This document shows, one piece after another, positions 38,903 through 51,464 of a stretch of 64,000 bases of DNA. Source of the DNA: Octopus vulgaris (Eukaryota); assembly GCA_951406725.2 (NCBI GenBank), contig OX597818.1, positions 30,008,001-30,072,000 on the forward strand, in the 5' to 3' direction. The position numbers and the translations under genes were made by a program. A model generated the notes under the pieces. That model was not told the origin of the DNA. It saw nothing but the letters and a program-made list of their open reading frames with translations, and ran no database searches. Position 1 is the first letter of the stretch, and each line of letters opens with the position of its first letter.

Positions 38903-40168
38903 ATTAGGTCACCCCATAAGTAATGTCCAGACTTCTTTATTGTCAATTTCTAAATGCTTTAACAGTATTTTAGAATGTCTAATGACATCAAGTAACATTT
39001 ATATGTATTTGAGCATATTTCAACTAATTAGATTTCATTTTGCAGGATAATGTAATTGAAATTTCATTAATCAGAGCTCTTTAAACATGAAATAGTCTAA
39101 GGAGCATTTGAAGCACATAATACATTATGAGTTTACAAAAGGGAACTCAGTAACTGAAATGAGTTGAAATATTCACCCAGATTATGGACAAGAATGCATG
39201 AATAAAAGAACTTGCAGAAGATGTTTTGTAAAATTCAGATTTGGAAATTTCACGCTTGAAGATGAGGCCAGACCAGAACGTCCAATTGAGTATGATGACT
39301 AGCTCATTTTGGAAGAACTTGAAAAAGATCATACAGTTTTAGTTGAATAATTGGGAAACAAGCTTTGCTCATGTCATACAACTGTTCACCACCATCTTCA
39401 AGAGCTTGGGAAGGCCCTTAAACTCACAAATGGGTGCCTTATGAAGTGTCAGAAGCCAGCCGTAAATCCCGAATGGACTTCAGCTCTTCTCTTCATTCCC
39501 GTGGGATAGAGAGGTGACCGGTGATGAAAAATGGGTCCACCACCAAAATGTTAAGAGTTCTAGACATTGGCTTGGTGAGGGGGAGAGGGCCCAACCACAA
39601 CCAGAATGGGAACTCCATGTGAAGAAGGCTCTTCTCTCTCTGTTTGGTGGGATTCCAAAGGAAGCATCCACTTTGAGTTGCTACCAACTAATGCAACAAT
39701 CAATGCTCAAATCTACTGTCAGCAGTTAGAGCATTTGCATGCTGCTTTGAAGAAAAAAAGTCCTGCTATAGTGAACCGAGAGGGAGTGTTGTTTCATCAG
39801 GACAAAGCAAGACCTCCACTCTGTAAAGATCACATCACTGAAGATCAAGGAACTTGGCTGGAAGAAAATTGTTCAGCCGCATTATTCCCCAGACCTTCCG
39901 ATTACCATTTATTCCGTAGTTTACAGAATATTTTGGTTAGATTAACTCTCGAAACAACTGAGTAAGTCAAAACTAACCTTTTAGAGTTCTTCTCTTTGAA
40001 ACTGAAATAGTATTTTACTCATGGGATTAAAAAGTTTACAAGTAGATGGAAAGACGTCATAGATAATCATGGAAACGATATTGATGATTAAGTTTTATTA
40101 AAATGTAAGATTCGATCGCTTGTTTTCCTTATTTAAAATCCAGACATTACTTATGATATGATCTGATA
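38903..40168 (+). mobile_element. Full-length decayed mariner element
   Basis: TIR core cataagtaatgtc at both ends; WVPYE, TGDEKW, FHQDKARP and PSDYHLFRSLQ motifs. Confidence 0.88.
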
Positions 40169-40789
40169 TGTGACTGTGCATGCATGTATTTGAATGTATG
40201 TAATGTATGTACAGTGTGTGCATGTACATGTGTTATGAGTTTCAGCATGTGAATGTGTTTGTGTGTTTGTTTATTTGTGTGTTTGCGCGTTTGTGTGTGT
40301 GTGTACCTGTGTACCTGAGAGCTTTAAGAGTGATTGATATACAACCGCACAGTTTTTTTCCACACAATGTCCTAGGTATACAGATATCAAATAGGCTAAT
40401 ATAAAGTATTTGTTATTTGAAAATGAATCTATTAATGTCTTACCGAATGCGTATGGAAGGATTCCAATCAGTAAAAAGCAACTAATTTTTGTGACTTGTA
40501 ATATAGACATTCTGCTTGCAATTAAGTCTCTCAGTTACAATGATTTTATAAATACAAGTAGAACATGCAATTCCTTTCTCAAATGTTTTGATAATAAATT
40601 ATCATATAGAAGATTTTGTTATCATCGTGATCCTGCCCACCACCACCATCATTACTGATAAAAATTTCTGTTTCTATTAGTAAGGAGTCTTATTTTGTCT
40701 TTAGTGGTAACTGTTGTTATCATTCTCCTTTATCAAGCAGCTGCAACTGAGATGCGTTTCACATTATGCATTACAGTTATCAGTACTAG

Positions 40790-40853
40790 TTATCATCATC
40801 ATCATCATCATCATTATCATCATCATCATCATCATCACCACCACTACCACCAC

Positions 40854-40897
<44 letters not shown>
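40790..40897. repeat. (CAT)n microsatellite
   Basis: Seen directly. Confidence 0.95.
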
Positions 40898-40995
40898 CTG
40901 TGAACACTTTAGTGGTTAATAAAGAAAACATTATTTTTTAAGTACCAGTCAAATTTCAGGCCTTGTGCCTATAGTAGAAAGGATTATTATTATTA

Positions 40996-41030
<35 letters not shown>

Positions 41031-41512
41031 TGGTTTGACTCAGGTTCGGTCTTATTCCTGGTAGGATTTATACGGGTAGCAGGTTACTACCTGTAACCTT
41101 AGCTATCCACAAGTTTTCAGTAGTCTTTCAAGTGTTCAGAACCCTCCTGATAATCCTTACTGTCCCTAAGAGAAAAACTCTCTGTAGGAGCTGTGCAGGG
41201 CATTCTGTTCCAATCTCTTTTGGCCATTTGTCTATATCTTTGCTTACTCTTACCAACACACTGATTATTATAGGATGACCTTAACAGTTTCCATGCTCCA
41301 ATTTCTTCCTATTTTGTATTTTTTTGTTTTTCCTCCTCTTTCTTTAAGATCCTGGAATAAAACGGACTTGACAGGTAAATTAGTATGCAACTTCACTTTT
41401 CTTCATCTATAGTCCTTGTGTCTGGTCTATTGTTTTCTAACTTCTTGTCTGTTTGAATAGGAAAGTCTCACAAAATCTTATATTTATCTGATTCCAGTAC
41501 TCTTTCAACTCG
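41031..41512 (-). mobile_element. R4/Dong 3' fragment (further family)
   Basis: Decayed RLE (KIL*DFPIQTDKKLENNRPD...LGTVRIIRRVL) flanked by (AAT)n. Confidence 0.8.
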
Positions 41513-41554
41513 GTTATTATTATTATTATCATTATAATTACTATTATTATTATT

Positions 41555-42110
41555 GAGTGAGAGAACAGTGCATGCCATCAAAGTGACACTTGGGTAAAAT
41601 ATACAAAGCCCAGTATACCCATCATGACTACCCGTCTGATAAGGGTACACTAGGCACATGCATCACAACCATATGTGTGCGACATGGTGATCTCATATCA
41701 AGATAAACAGCATATGACCTTGCAGGTGGGGCCCAGTTAGAATTTTCTTCTGGTCAAGTAACCCATCTCACTCAAAAGGTTCCTGAATAAGGGTTGTTTA
41801 AGGATGTTGAATAAAACACCCATGTTTCCAGAGGTGAATTATTCAAACCCCAAAGAATCCCTCTCCACAGATGGCTATAATGCTCCCCCACTACTTCTGC
41901 TCATGATCAGAGATGCACATATCGTCAGCCACTAAGGGACATGATCAACTGGTTAAGGTCAAACAACTGACAAGCAAATCTGTCATATTGAGCAGAATAT
42001 TTGCTGTAGCCTATCTTTTATACCAAGATAAAACAATGTACGTAATAACACTTCCAATCAGTTAAGATTAGAAGCCATGAGAGCCACTGCCTGGTACTGC
42101 ATCAGGGCAT
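41555..42110 (-). mobile_element. Non-coding (TAA)n-inserted element, copy 3
   Basis: Full-length homolog of 9288-9840; (ATT)n on both sides. Confidence 0.82.
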
Positions 42111-42133
42111 TTATTATTATGATTATTATCATT

Positions 42134-43445
42134 CAGTAGTTTTATTTTTATAACGTGCTTTCACTTCACTACTGAGTGCAGCTCTGTGTGCCTTAGGTAT
42201 GTGCTGTGATTTGTTGTGATGCTCTTATGGTTACTGTATTGAAAGTGTTCTGCGTAGGATGTGTGCAGTGCCTAGTAGTGCAATTTTCTGTATGTTATAT
42301 GTGTTTGTAAGTCCTGGTGTTTTTATTATGTATTTGTCTGAATATTTTTTTATCATGCCTAATGCACCTACTATGATAGGAATTGTTTCTGTTTTTAGAT
42401 TCCACATTCTAGTTACCTCTATTTCCAGGTCTTTGTATTTTGAAAGTTTCTCCATTTCTTTTAGAGATACCTTGTCATCTGCTGGTATTGATACATCAAT
42501 TAGAAAGCATTTTTTTTCTTCATGATCTCTGACAACTATATCTGGTCTGTTGGCCTTAATTTCTCTATCTGTGTGTATTGGCATATCCCAGAGTATGGTT
42601 GCTTTCTCGTTTTCTGTGACCTTTTCTGGTGTGTGTCTATACCATCTTTTTTCTGTTGTTATTCCATAATGTTGGCATAGCTTAAAGTGTATGTAGGTCC
42701 CAACTCTGTCGTGTCTGTGAATATATTCCTTCTTAGCTAGGACTGGGCAGCCAGAGATAATATGATTTATTGTTTCTTGTCTATCTCCACATATTCTGCA
42801 GTTACTTGTTATATTTCTTTTCATTACATGTTTTTGGTAATTTCTGGTGGGGAGGCTTTGGTCTTGTGCTGCAATTAAAAATCCCTCTGTCTCTGCTTTG
42901 AGTCCTGAGCTTCTCAACCATTGCTGGGATTTTTCTTTGTCTATTTCTTTTGTATTTAGTTTAGTCCAATACTTGCCATGAAGGGGCTTTTCCTGCCATC
43001 GTTTTGTCATGGTCCGTTGCTGTTCTCGTTTTAGTTTTGATTTCATTTCTTTTGTTGTGTTTTCTTCTTCTTCTCGTTCTTCTTGTTCTTCTTGTTCTTG
43101 TTCTTCTTCTTCTTCTTAATATTTGTTAGGTGGTATGATTTCTTGTTTGTGTTTGTCAGCTTCCTTAAATACTGAGAACAATTTTTTGTTTTACTCGTGT
43201 TTTGCCGCTATTTGTATCAGTTTTTCTTGCTTCTGAAGTAGGTATTTTTGCAGTCCTATGGTGGTTATTTTATAGTAGTTTTCCTGCTTTATAAGGCCTC
43301 TACCACCTTCTATATGTTGTATGAATAGCCTTTCTGTGTCAGATTTTGTGTGATGCATCCTAGATCCTGTCATTATTTTTCTTGTTTTCCTATCTGATTT
43401 TCTTGTTTTCCTATCTTTTTCTTGTTTTCCTATCTGACATCAACT
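42134..43445 (-). mobile_element. 5'-truncated R4/Dong element with open zinc-knuckle/RLE ORF (42231-43046)
   Basis: LHGKY, CRICGDRQETINHIISGC, RHD, RPDIVV...IDVSIP...EKLSKY. Confidence 0.92.
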
Positions 43446-43467
43446 GATTATTATTATTATTATTATT

Positions 43468-43642
43468 GCCTTTGCACAGCTTCTAATGCCAGAGATGCAC
43501 TACAGTGTCTGCTGTTCACTACCAGTGAATTAAGGTAACACCTCTTATTTTTCGAGCACCTTCCAGAGTATTCGAATGGTTCCAAGCAGTGCTGTTTTTC
43601 TGCAAGTGCTCCACCCTTATTGCAGCCCCTATTTGTTCCACA
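43468..43642 (-). mobile_element. R4/Dong 3'-end fragment
   Basis: Same family as 12826-13030. Confidence 0.8.
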
Positions 43643-43953
<311 letters not shown>

Positions 43954-45000
43954 TTCCATTTGGCTTGCACTTTATTTCATCTTCTGACCAGGTCTCAAAC
44001 AGAGACCTAAGGCACATATATATTAGATGGAAAGAAACTTCTTGAGAAGGTAATCAGTTGATGTCAATATGATTTTTTGAGCCTCATAGATTGCTGGTTT
44101 CCTTGGGATCTGGTTGAAAAATTTGTCAGTACCTTTCTTGATCATTCCCATGGTACCTACAACAACAGGGATGGTTTTGCTTTTTAAATGGCATCTCCTA
44201 GATATCTCAATCTCAAGGTTCTTGTTTTTCAACAGTTTTTCAAATTCCTTTGCTAACATGTTTCTATTAGTATGCACTGTCCATTTTTTTACTTAGATCT
44301 TTGATAATAGTGTCTGGCCTCTTAGCAATTATTTGCTTGCCTGTATGTATCCCATAATTCTATAGGATAGTAATATTCTCTCCTTCAGTGACTAGCTCTG
44401 GATAGTGTTCATGCCAGTTCTTAGGGTGTGGGACATTGTAGCAAAGGCATATGCTCCAGTGCATGTAGCAGCCAACTCAATCATGTTTGGTCTTAAATTC
44501 TGTAGGGGCAAGGACTATGCAACCAGCATCAATGCGGTCAATGCTGTGGCGATTGTCATTACAGAGTCTGCATTTTGTGTCTCCTTCATTGTGCATAACA
44601 TTAGCTTGATAGTTCCAAATGAGGAGACTCTGATCGTTTGCTGCTAGGATAAATCCTTCTGTTTTGGTTTTCAGACCAGTGCTCTGCAGCCACTGATGAA
44701 TTATTTTCATATCTACACTGGCTTCCCCAGCTTGTTTGGACTATTTCTCATGCAATGGTTTTCCTTGCCAGTGTCTTGACATTTTCTTCGAGCTTTCCTT
44801 GTTTGACATTTGTCTTACACTTTTATCTGCCTTAGTTGGTGGTATGTCCTCATTATTATCTTAATCAGGGAGGTCAAGCTCTTGTCTGTATTCATAATGT
44901 CTCCTTTGAGATTGAGTGCAGTTTTTTACACCATACCAACTGTATCATCCAATCAGTGTTACTTTGGATGTATATTTGGAATCCTATCATGGTCCTTTTA
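43954..45000 (-). mobile_element. Decayed R4/Dong 3' fragment
   Basis: HQWLQSTGLK...CRLC and TIPVVVGTMGMIKK motifs; 3' end runs into (AAT)n. Confidence 0.85.
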
Positions 45001-45027
45001 TAGGATGTTTCAAGTTATATGTATGTA

Positions 45028-45328
45028 TAGGAGCACTCCGTCGGTTACGACGAGGGTCCCAGCTGATATGAAGAGACTGCTTGTGAAAGTAACATGCAAG
45101 TGGCTGAGCACTCCACAGACACGTGTACCCTTAACGTAGATCTACGGGAGATTCAGCATGACATAAAGTGTGACAAGGCTGTCCCCTTTGAAATACAGGT
45201 ACGACTCATTTTTGCCAGCTGAGTGGACTGGATCAATGTGAAATAAAGTGTCTTGCTCAAGGACTCAACACGTCGGACTTGAACTCATGACCTTCTGATC
45301 ATGAGCCGAATACCCTAAACACTAAGCC
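45028..45328 (-). mobile_element. SINE family 3
   Basis: Homologous to 33150-33446. Confidence 0.8.
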
Positions 45329-45368
45329 TCTATTTGAACTATATATAGTTCAAATAGAGGTTGGAGTA

Positions 45369-45467
<99 letters not shown>

Positions 45468-45728
45468 GTGTGTGTGTGTATGTGGGTGTATGCATGTGTG
45501 CATGCATGCATGCATGCATGTGTGTGTGATATGTCTGTATATATATATATCTATATATATTGTTTGAATAAAACACCTTTATTTTTTAACATAAGGAATA
45601 ATTACATTTTTGCATGTGTTCATGCATATGAAAGTAAATGTACAAAAAATTTGTTTTCACACAACAAATGTTTTTGTATGATAGTTTCACAGAAAATATA
45701 TTAATGTATGTTTTCATCAGCTAAGTTT

Positions 45729-46105
45729 TGAGTGGCTGTGTGGTAAGTAGCTTGCTTACAATTCACATGGCTCCGGGTTCAGTCCCACTGCGTGGCACCT
45801 TGGGCAAGTGTCTTCTGCTATAGCCTCAGGCCAACCAAAGCCTTGTGAGTGGATTTGGTAGACGGAAACTGAAAGAAGCCCGTCATATATATGCATATAT
45901 ATATGTATATGTGTGTGTTTTTGTGTCTGAGTTTGTCCCCACAACATTGCTTGCCAACCGATGCTGGTGTGTTTACGTCCCCGATAGAATAAGTACTAGG
46001 CTTACAAAAAATAAGTACTGAGGTCGATTTGCTCGACTAAAGGCGGTGCTCCAGCATGGCCACACTCAAATAACTGAAACAAGTAAAAGAGTAAAAAAAG
46101 AGTAA
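45729..46105 (+). mobile_element. SINE family 2
   Basis: Homologous to 1514-1925. Confidence 0.85.
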
Positions 46106-46288
46106 AATATCACACACAAAAAAATGAAAGAAAAAGGAAAGTGAGAGAGAGTAAAGGTTACATGTTACTTAGCCTTACTTTTGTATGAAAAATGATTTTG
46201 TGAATAAATTATAGGGCATGGTGTTACCATTAGAGATTTTGTAGTAGAAGAAAAAAAATTGCCGTTGTTCAGCTTACCTAAGCTCTAT

Positions 46289-46337
<49 letters not shown>

Positions 46338-46877
46338 ATATGAGTGAGTGAGTGTGTGTCTGTGTAAGAATGTACCTACATTTCAAATATGCAATTTTTG
46401 TCATTAATTTTATTCCAACTACAAGGAAATAAAGAACATCCACAAAGTCAATTCTCATTACATTTGAGTACATGCTATGGATGAATAAATGCAGTAATTG
46501 TCACATCCAAACACGTTTCCAGTGACTTGATAGCATTGAGATTTAAACATTAAAAAATTAGTGATGTACTTTGCATTATATTTGAGAAAATGGAAACGTA
46601 CATGGTATACTTCATGCAAGCAACACAAGATTTTAACTATGGAAGCAGTGTGTAACCAAACACATTGATCAAACCTAAATGAATATATTTTTGATTTAGT
46701 ATAATTAATTAAATTCAAAAAGATTAGTGCTGCTCTGTATACTGTATACTTTACTGTACATTTCTATTGCTTAGTTAGTATACCAATAGTTTATTGACTC
46801 ACTACATGTATGTATGTGTTGGCTGACAAAATTAAATGCAGGATCTATTAAGCAGGTCTATCTACAATCAAAACCGG

Positions 46878-47100
46878 TTACACCAATCTCCTTTCATTTA
46901 GCAAATCTGATCTCCGTATGCTCCGCACAATCAAGTAGATAATTGCTAAAACACTTAGAATGCCAAAAATGGATGCAAGAATAATTAGCATTGTTGTTGT
47001 TGGTTTGGTTGTAGTTGTTGGTGTGGTTGTAGTTGTTGGTAGAGTGGTGGTAGTTGGTGCTTGTGTGGTTGTGGGTGGAACTGGTGGACAAGAATTTTCT
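46878..47100 (-). pseudogene. Partial duplicate of the copy B terminal exon with in-frame stalk deletion
   Basis: TENSCPPVPP...TTTML joined directly to IILASIFG...RRLV*; the original splice acceptor is absent. Confidence 0.75.
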
Positions 47101-47209
47101 GTGAGTGTATGTATGTAGTGAGTCAATAAACTATTGGTATACTAACTAACATGGCTGACAAAATTAAATGCAGGATCTATTAAGCAGGTCTATCTACAAT
47201 CAAAACCGG

Positions 47210-47901
47210 TTACACCAATCTCCTTTCATTTAGCAAATCTGATCTCCGTATGCTCCGCACAATCAAGTAGATAATTGCTAAAACACTTAGAATGCCAAAA
47301 ATGGATGCAAGAATAATTATTATTTTCTTGCGAAGATAGCTTTTCAGTTCATCAAATTTGTTACTGCTACTCTCAGTGGTAAAATAAGATGTGATATTAT
47401 CCCTTCCTGAGGTGTAAACGGTAAAACCTTTGCTTGGTTTGGTAACTTGGTTTGCTTCAAGTGTTGTCTCATTCTGTTTATATCCATTTGAGTTATGATG
47501 AAATAAAGTTGTTGGTAGTATATTGTTAGTTGTAGATGCTATAGATGTTTTGTGCGAAGGAGTATTGGTATTAAACATCTTTGTACTGTTCTGTATAATG
47601 TCCAATATTGAAACTGTTGAAATATCTTTACCAGGATGGAAAGTTGTAAATAATTTTGATATAGTTTTGCTTGAATGATATTCCATTGTTGTACTCATTA
47701 TTGAGCTTGGGAGGTTTGTACCTTTTGTTGATATCTTTGGTGAAAGGGTTGTTTTGATGGTTGGTGTCATTAGCATTGTTGTTGTTGGTTTGGTTGTAGT
47801 TGTTGGTGTGGTTGTAGTTGTTGGTAGAGTGGTGGTAGTTGGTGCTTGTGTGGTTGTGGGTGGAACTGGTGGACAAGAATTTTCTGTTTGGGGCCCATTT
47901 T
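47210..47901 (-). CDS. MAM-mucin-TM gene copy B terminal exon (stalk, TM, short tail)
   Basis: tacag acceptor; 692 nt open in phase 1: NGPQTENSCPPVPPTTT...LRKK-IIIILASIFGILSVLAIIYLIV-RSIRRSDLLNERRLV*. Confidence 0.8.
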
Positions 47902-48031
47902 CTGTAAAGAAAGAATTAAAATTAAATTTAATGGCATGAATGGAAACAGAAATAATCTCTATTCCTTACATCATCATATTTGTTATAGTCATAATCTCTT
48001 ACAATTTTCTCTCTTAGAAGGTGGATTTCAC

Positions 48032-48099
48032 CTGTGGGCTCCAGAACTATACATAGTGGTGGATGTCTCTGTAAGATAAGAGTAACAGTCTCATGCAGT
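48032..48099 (-). CDS. Copy B small exon 4 candidate (68 nt, frame-breaking)
   Basis: tacag/gtgaaa boundaries; inclusion after exon 3 gives DCMRLLLLSYRDIHHYV*. Confidence 0.4.
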
Positions 48100-48259
48100 C
48101 TGTAATAAAAACTGTAATACCAACAACCACACCAACAGCTACAACCACACCAACAACAACAACCACACCAACAACCACCGTCACACCTGCACCAACTACA
48201 ACCATACAACCACCAACCACTAATAAAGAATCGTAGTAAGTGGGATCTCAAGGTTTTCA

Positions 48260-48722
48260 CACACACGCACACACACACATTCATATTTAAATATGTGTGT
48301 GCAATATATGAGTGAGTGAATGTGTCTCTGTGTAAGAATGTACATACATTTCAAATATGCAGTTTTTTTCATTAATTTTATCCCAACTACAAGGAAATAA
48401 AGAACATCTGCAAAGTCAATTCCCATTACATTTGAGTACATGCTATGGATGAATAAATGCAGTAATTGTCACATCCAAACACGTTTCCAGTGACTTGATG
48501 GCATTGAGATTTAAACATTAAAAAATTAGTGATGTACTTTGCATTATATTTAAGAAAATGGAAACGTACATGGTATACTTCATGCAAGCAACATGAGATT
48601 TTAACTATGGAAGCAGTGTGTAACCAAACACATTGGACAAAGCTTAATGAATATATGTTTGATTTAGTATAATTAATTAAATTCAAAAAGATTAGTGCTG
48701 CTCTGTATACTGTATACTTTAT
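48260..48722. repeat. Displaced duplicate of 46290-46750 (3' flank/UTR of the gene)
   Basis: Near-identical sequence; the spurious ORFs 46458-46718 and 48426-48686 match. Confidence 0.9.
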
Positions 48723-48915
48723 TTATGGTTTGTCTATTTACTTCTGTCATGTCTGTGTAACGATTTCCCTTTGGGTAGTGATACTAAGAGCCAGTTGTTC
48801 GGCCTCAGTATATTTATACTTTAGCATATAAGTATCCTTAGTAAAGTGTCTGGCCAGTACAAAATGTAATATAATTGATGAAGGACAATAGAACAAGAAT
48901 TATGTAATCACTTTC

Positions 48916-49002
48916 ATTAGCTTACAACTGTTTCTGCTATAAGAAGCATTGCACTCAGAACTGATTACTCATATAACAATGTATAACTTCCTTAAAGCCA
49001 TT
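48916..49002 (-). ncRNA. Decayed long-stem-II hammerhead
   Basis: tggct-TTAAGGA-agttata...tatagca-GAAA-cagttg-TA-agct; core mutated from CTGANGA; 3' half also at 20240-20262 (+). Confidence 0.4.
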
Positions 49003-49215
49003 TGAACATAAGTATATATATTCATTTGTTTTGGTAAACTATATGCAAAGGCTGAGTGCAAATTCATATAAAATTTATGTGTAATGTCCAGCTGTGTGGC
49101 ATAACTAATCCACCATTTGAGTATGAATATGAATTATCTTTATTATTGACACAGATGTGTTTGTACATGAATGACAAGGTTTAAATGAACTGAAAGACAA
49201 ACTCAGTTTAACCCA

Positions 49216-49580
49216 TTAAGTCCCACTGTTTCTATTGAGAAAGGAAGGTAAATAAACGTTAATTGATTGACCTGGTTCTTGTCTGCCTGTCATTAAAAAG
49301 TGTCTTGCAAAAATAACGTTCAAGGGTTTCACATACAGTCTCTCCAGAGTTTGAATTGCTTCTGCATAATTCTCACATTCACTTATGAGTTCGTAAACAT
49401 CTTTATTAATGTATGCCATTAAACACCTAAGTTTGCTTTCATCCCTGATAGGTGGTTCAGCAGGAAATGATTCTAAAAAATTTTTTAAAATTCTGAACCA
49501 ATATTTCTATTCTGTTGAAGCTTGACTCGAACTTGGATCAGTGGTGAACAAATTTGGTTTTATAAATTTGCTGTCCATTC
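49216..49580 (-). mobile_element. Gypsy-like gag fragment
   Basis: KPNLFTTDPSSSQA...KYW...VYELISECENYAEAIQTLERLYVKPLNVIFARHFLMTGRQEPGQS. Confidence 0.7.
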
Positions 49581-49713
49581 TCTCTCTCTAGCTATAATTA
49601 GTTGCTTAAATTGTCTTAAACCTAAACTGGAATATCAAACTTCAACACAATAACAGTTTTATGTAGCAAGTTGCTACAGTCTTGGCTAACTAAAAACCAA
49701 CACAAAACACGTC

Positions 49714-49715
<2 letters not shown>

Positions 49716-49745
<30 letters not shown>

Positions 49746-49960
49746 TGTGTACAGTGCTCAGGTGCACTACAACTCATCTAAATTGTATATATAATCAGGT
49801 GTAGTTTCGGCGGATTTCGGAAAGCATGAGGGCCTTAAAGGATGCAGTGTCATGGCAGTCAACAACTGACGCAGGCAGTTTATTCCATGCTTCAGCAACT
49901 CTGAGCGTGAAAAAATGTTTCTGAAAGTCATGGGAGCTGTGTTGTTTTCTGACTTTGTAC
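49716..49960 (-). mobile_element. CR1-like LINE 3' end with (ATT)n tail
   Basis: KHFFTLRVAEAWNKLPASVV...SFK motif followed by a short UTR and tail. Confidence 0.8.
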
Positions 49961-50209
49961 AAACAGAACAGAACTCCGCGCAGTCGCACTGCAGTCATAT
50001 AACAGCAAAAGAGACAATCAAAATCACGTGATCAAAACTAAAATCACAACAATACTGATAGAATAAGCACTAGGTTTTAAAAAATTAGTTCTAATGTTGA
50101 TTAGTTGAACTAAAACCCTTCTAGGCAGTGCCCCAGCATGGCCACAGTTAAATGATTGAAACAAATAAGAGATAAAAGATCAAGGATACAGGCATTTCAA
50201 AGATAAATA

Positions 50210-51464
50210 GATGCAATATGTGTGGCAGCAGGATTTGACTCCTTGCCATACTTCCTGAAAGACTCAGAAGTGCTACTACTTCACAATCCCCAATTTCTGG
50301 CCTTATAATTCCTCTGATTGTAATCCCATGGATTACTATATGTGGGACATGGTTGAGAAAATCACCAAATGCTCTCCCTACAACACCAAAGCCAAGGCCA
50401 AGACCAAGGAGGTGTCCAAAGACCTTCTTAGGAACACATTGAGGAACATATTTGCCATGTTTCGGAGCCATCTTCAGGCCATGGTGGAAGTTGGGGTCAG
50501 ATGCTTTGAGTAAATACTATTATTTTTGGTTGAGATATTGTGTTTTCTCTTCCTTTTATGCAAACTGTCATATTTAGCCTTAACACCCTGGATATACAGG
50601 GTGTGATGGGTAAATTGTTGCCATTTTATATTTTTACTTTCACACATGCACATTGTTTGTTTTTGACTTTGTCGACTACACACTATAGTAGGGTCAGTGG
50701 GCACTGTCTTTAAGAAAAATAGCACTATGATGTAATTCACTCTGCCAGAAATTTGGAAACAACATGCTGTACTACTTGCGTTTGCACCAGAAGCTCCAAT
50801 ACAAACATTTCAGAGTGTTGGGTGTCAAACTGAATCCCCCCCAATATGTACAGAGAGTGATGAAAATCAAATATCCTGTCAACATCATGGTGTTTGGAAT
50901 AACCACTGGTAATTGCAATGTTATATCTCCATTCATCTTCCCACATGGCCTCAGACACAACATGGAGGCTTACATCAAGTGCCTGGAGGAGGTAGTGCTG
51001 CCCGGAGTCAAGAGGATGGCTGCTGGAAGACCTGGTGTTTGGCAACAGGACTCTGTACCATGCCACACAGACTGGAGAACTCAGTCATGACTGTCAGACA
51101 ATTTCTGTCACCACACCACCCCTAACATCTGGCAACCTACCTCTCCAGACTGCAACCCTCTTGATTATTATGTGTGGGGTGCAGTTGAGTGACAGACCAA
51201 CAAAACTCCTTGTAACACCAAAGATGAACTGAAGGCAAGGATTATGGCTTAAACAGGAAAACCATCCTGACGAGTTGCAGGAAATTCCAAAGTTGTTTGG
51301 AGGCTGTGGTTGAAGCCAACAGTGATTGTATTAAAAAAATTTACTCTTTGTGTTTCAAGATATTTTTATGTAATTTTGGTAAATATATCTGTTAAAATGA
51401 GATGTCGTTGTTATTTTCATTTTGGCGTAATTTAGACAGAAATTCATTTACCGCACCCTGTATA
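50210..51464 (+). mobile_element. maT-like transposon remnants (50210-50592 fragment; 50593-51464 internally deleted element)
   Basis: cagggtg...caccctg termini with TA; VWQQDSVPCH and SPDCNPLDYYVWG motifs. Confidence 0.8.

Noticed and set aside
43377-43437. Triplicated ~20-bp unit ttttcttgttttcctatct
   Set aside because: Local slippage at a LINE 5' truncation junction; not a separate feature.
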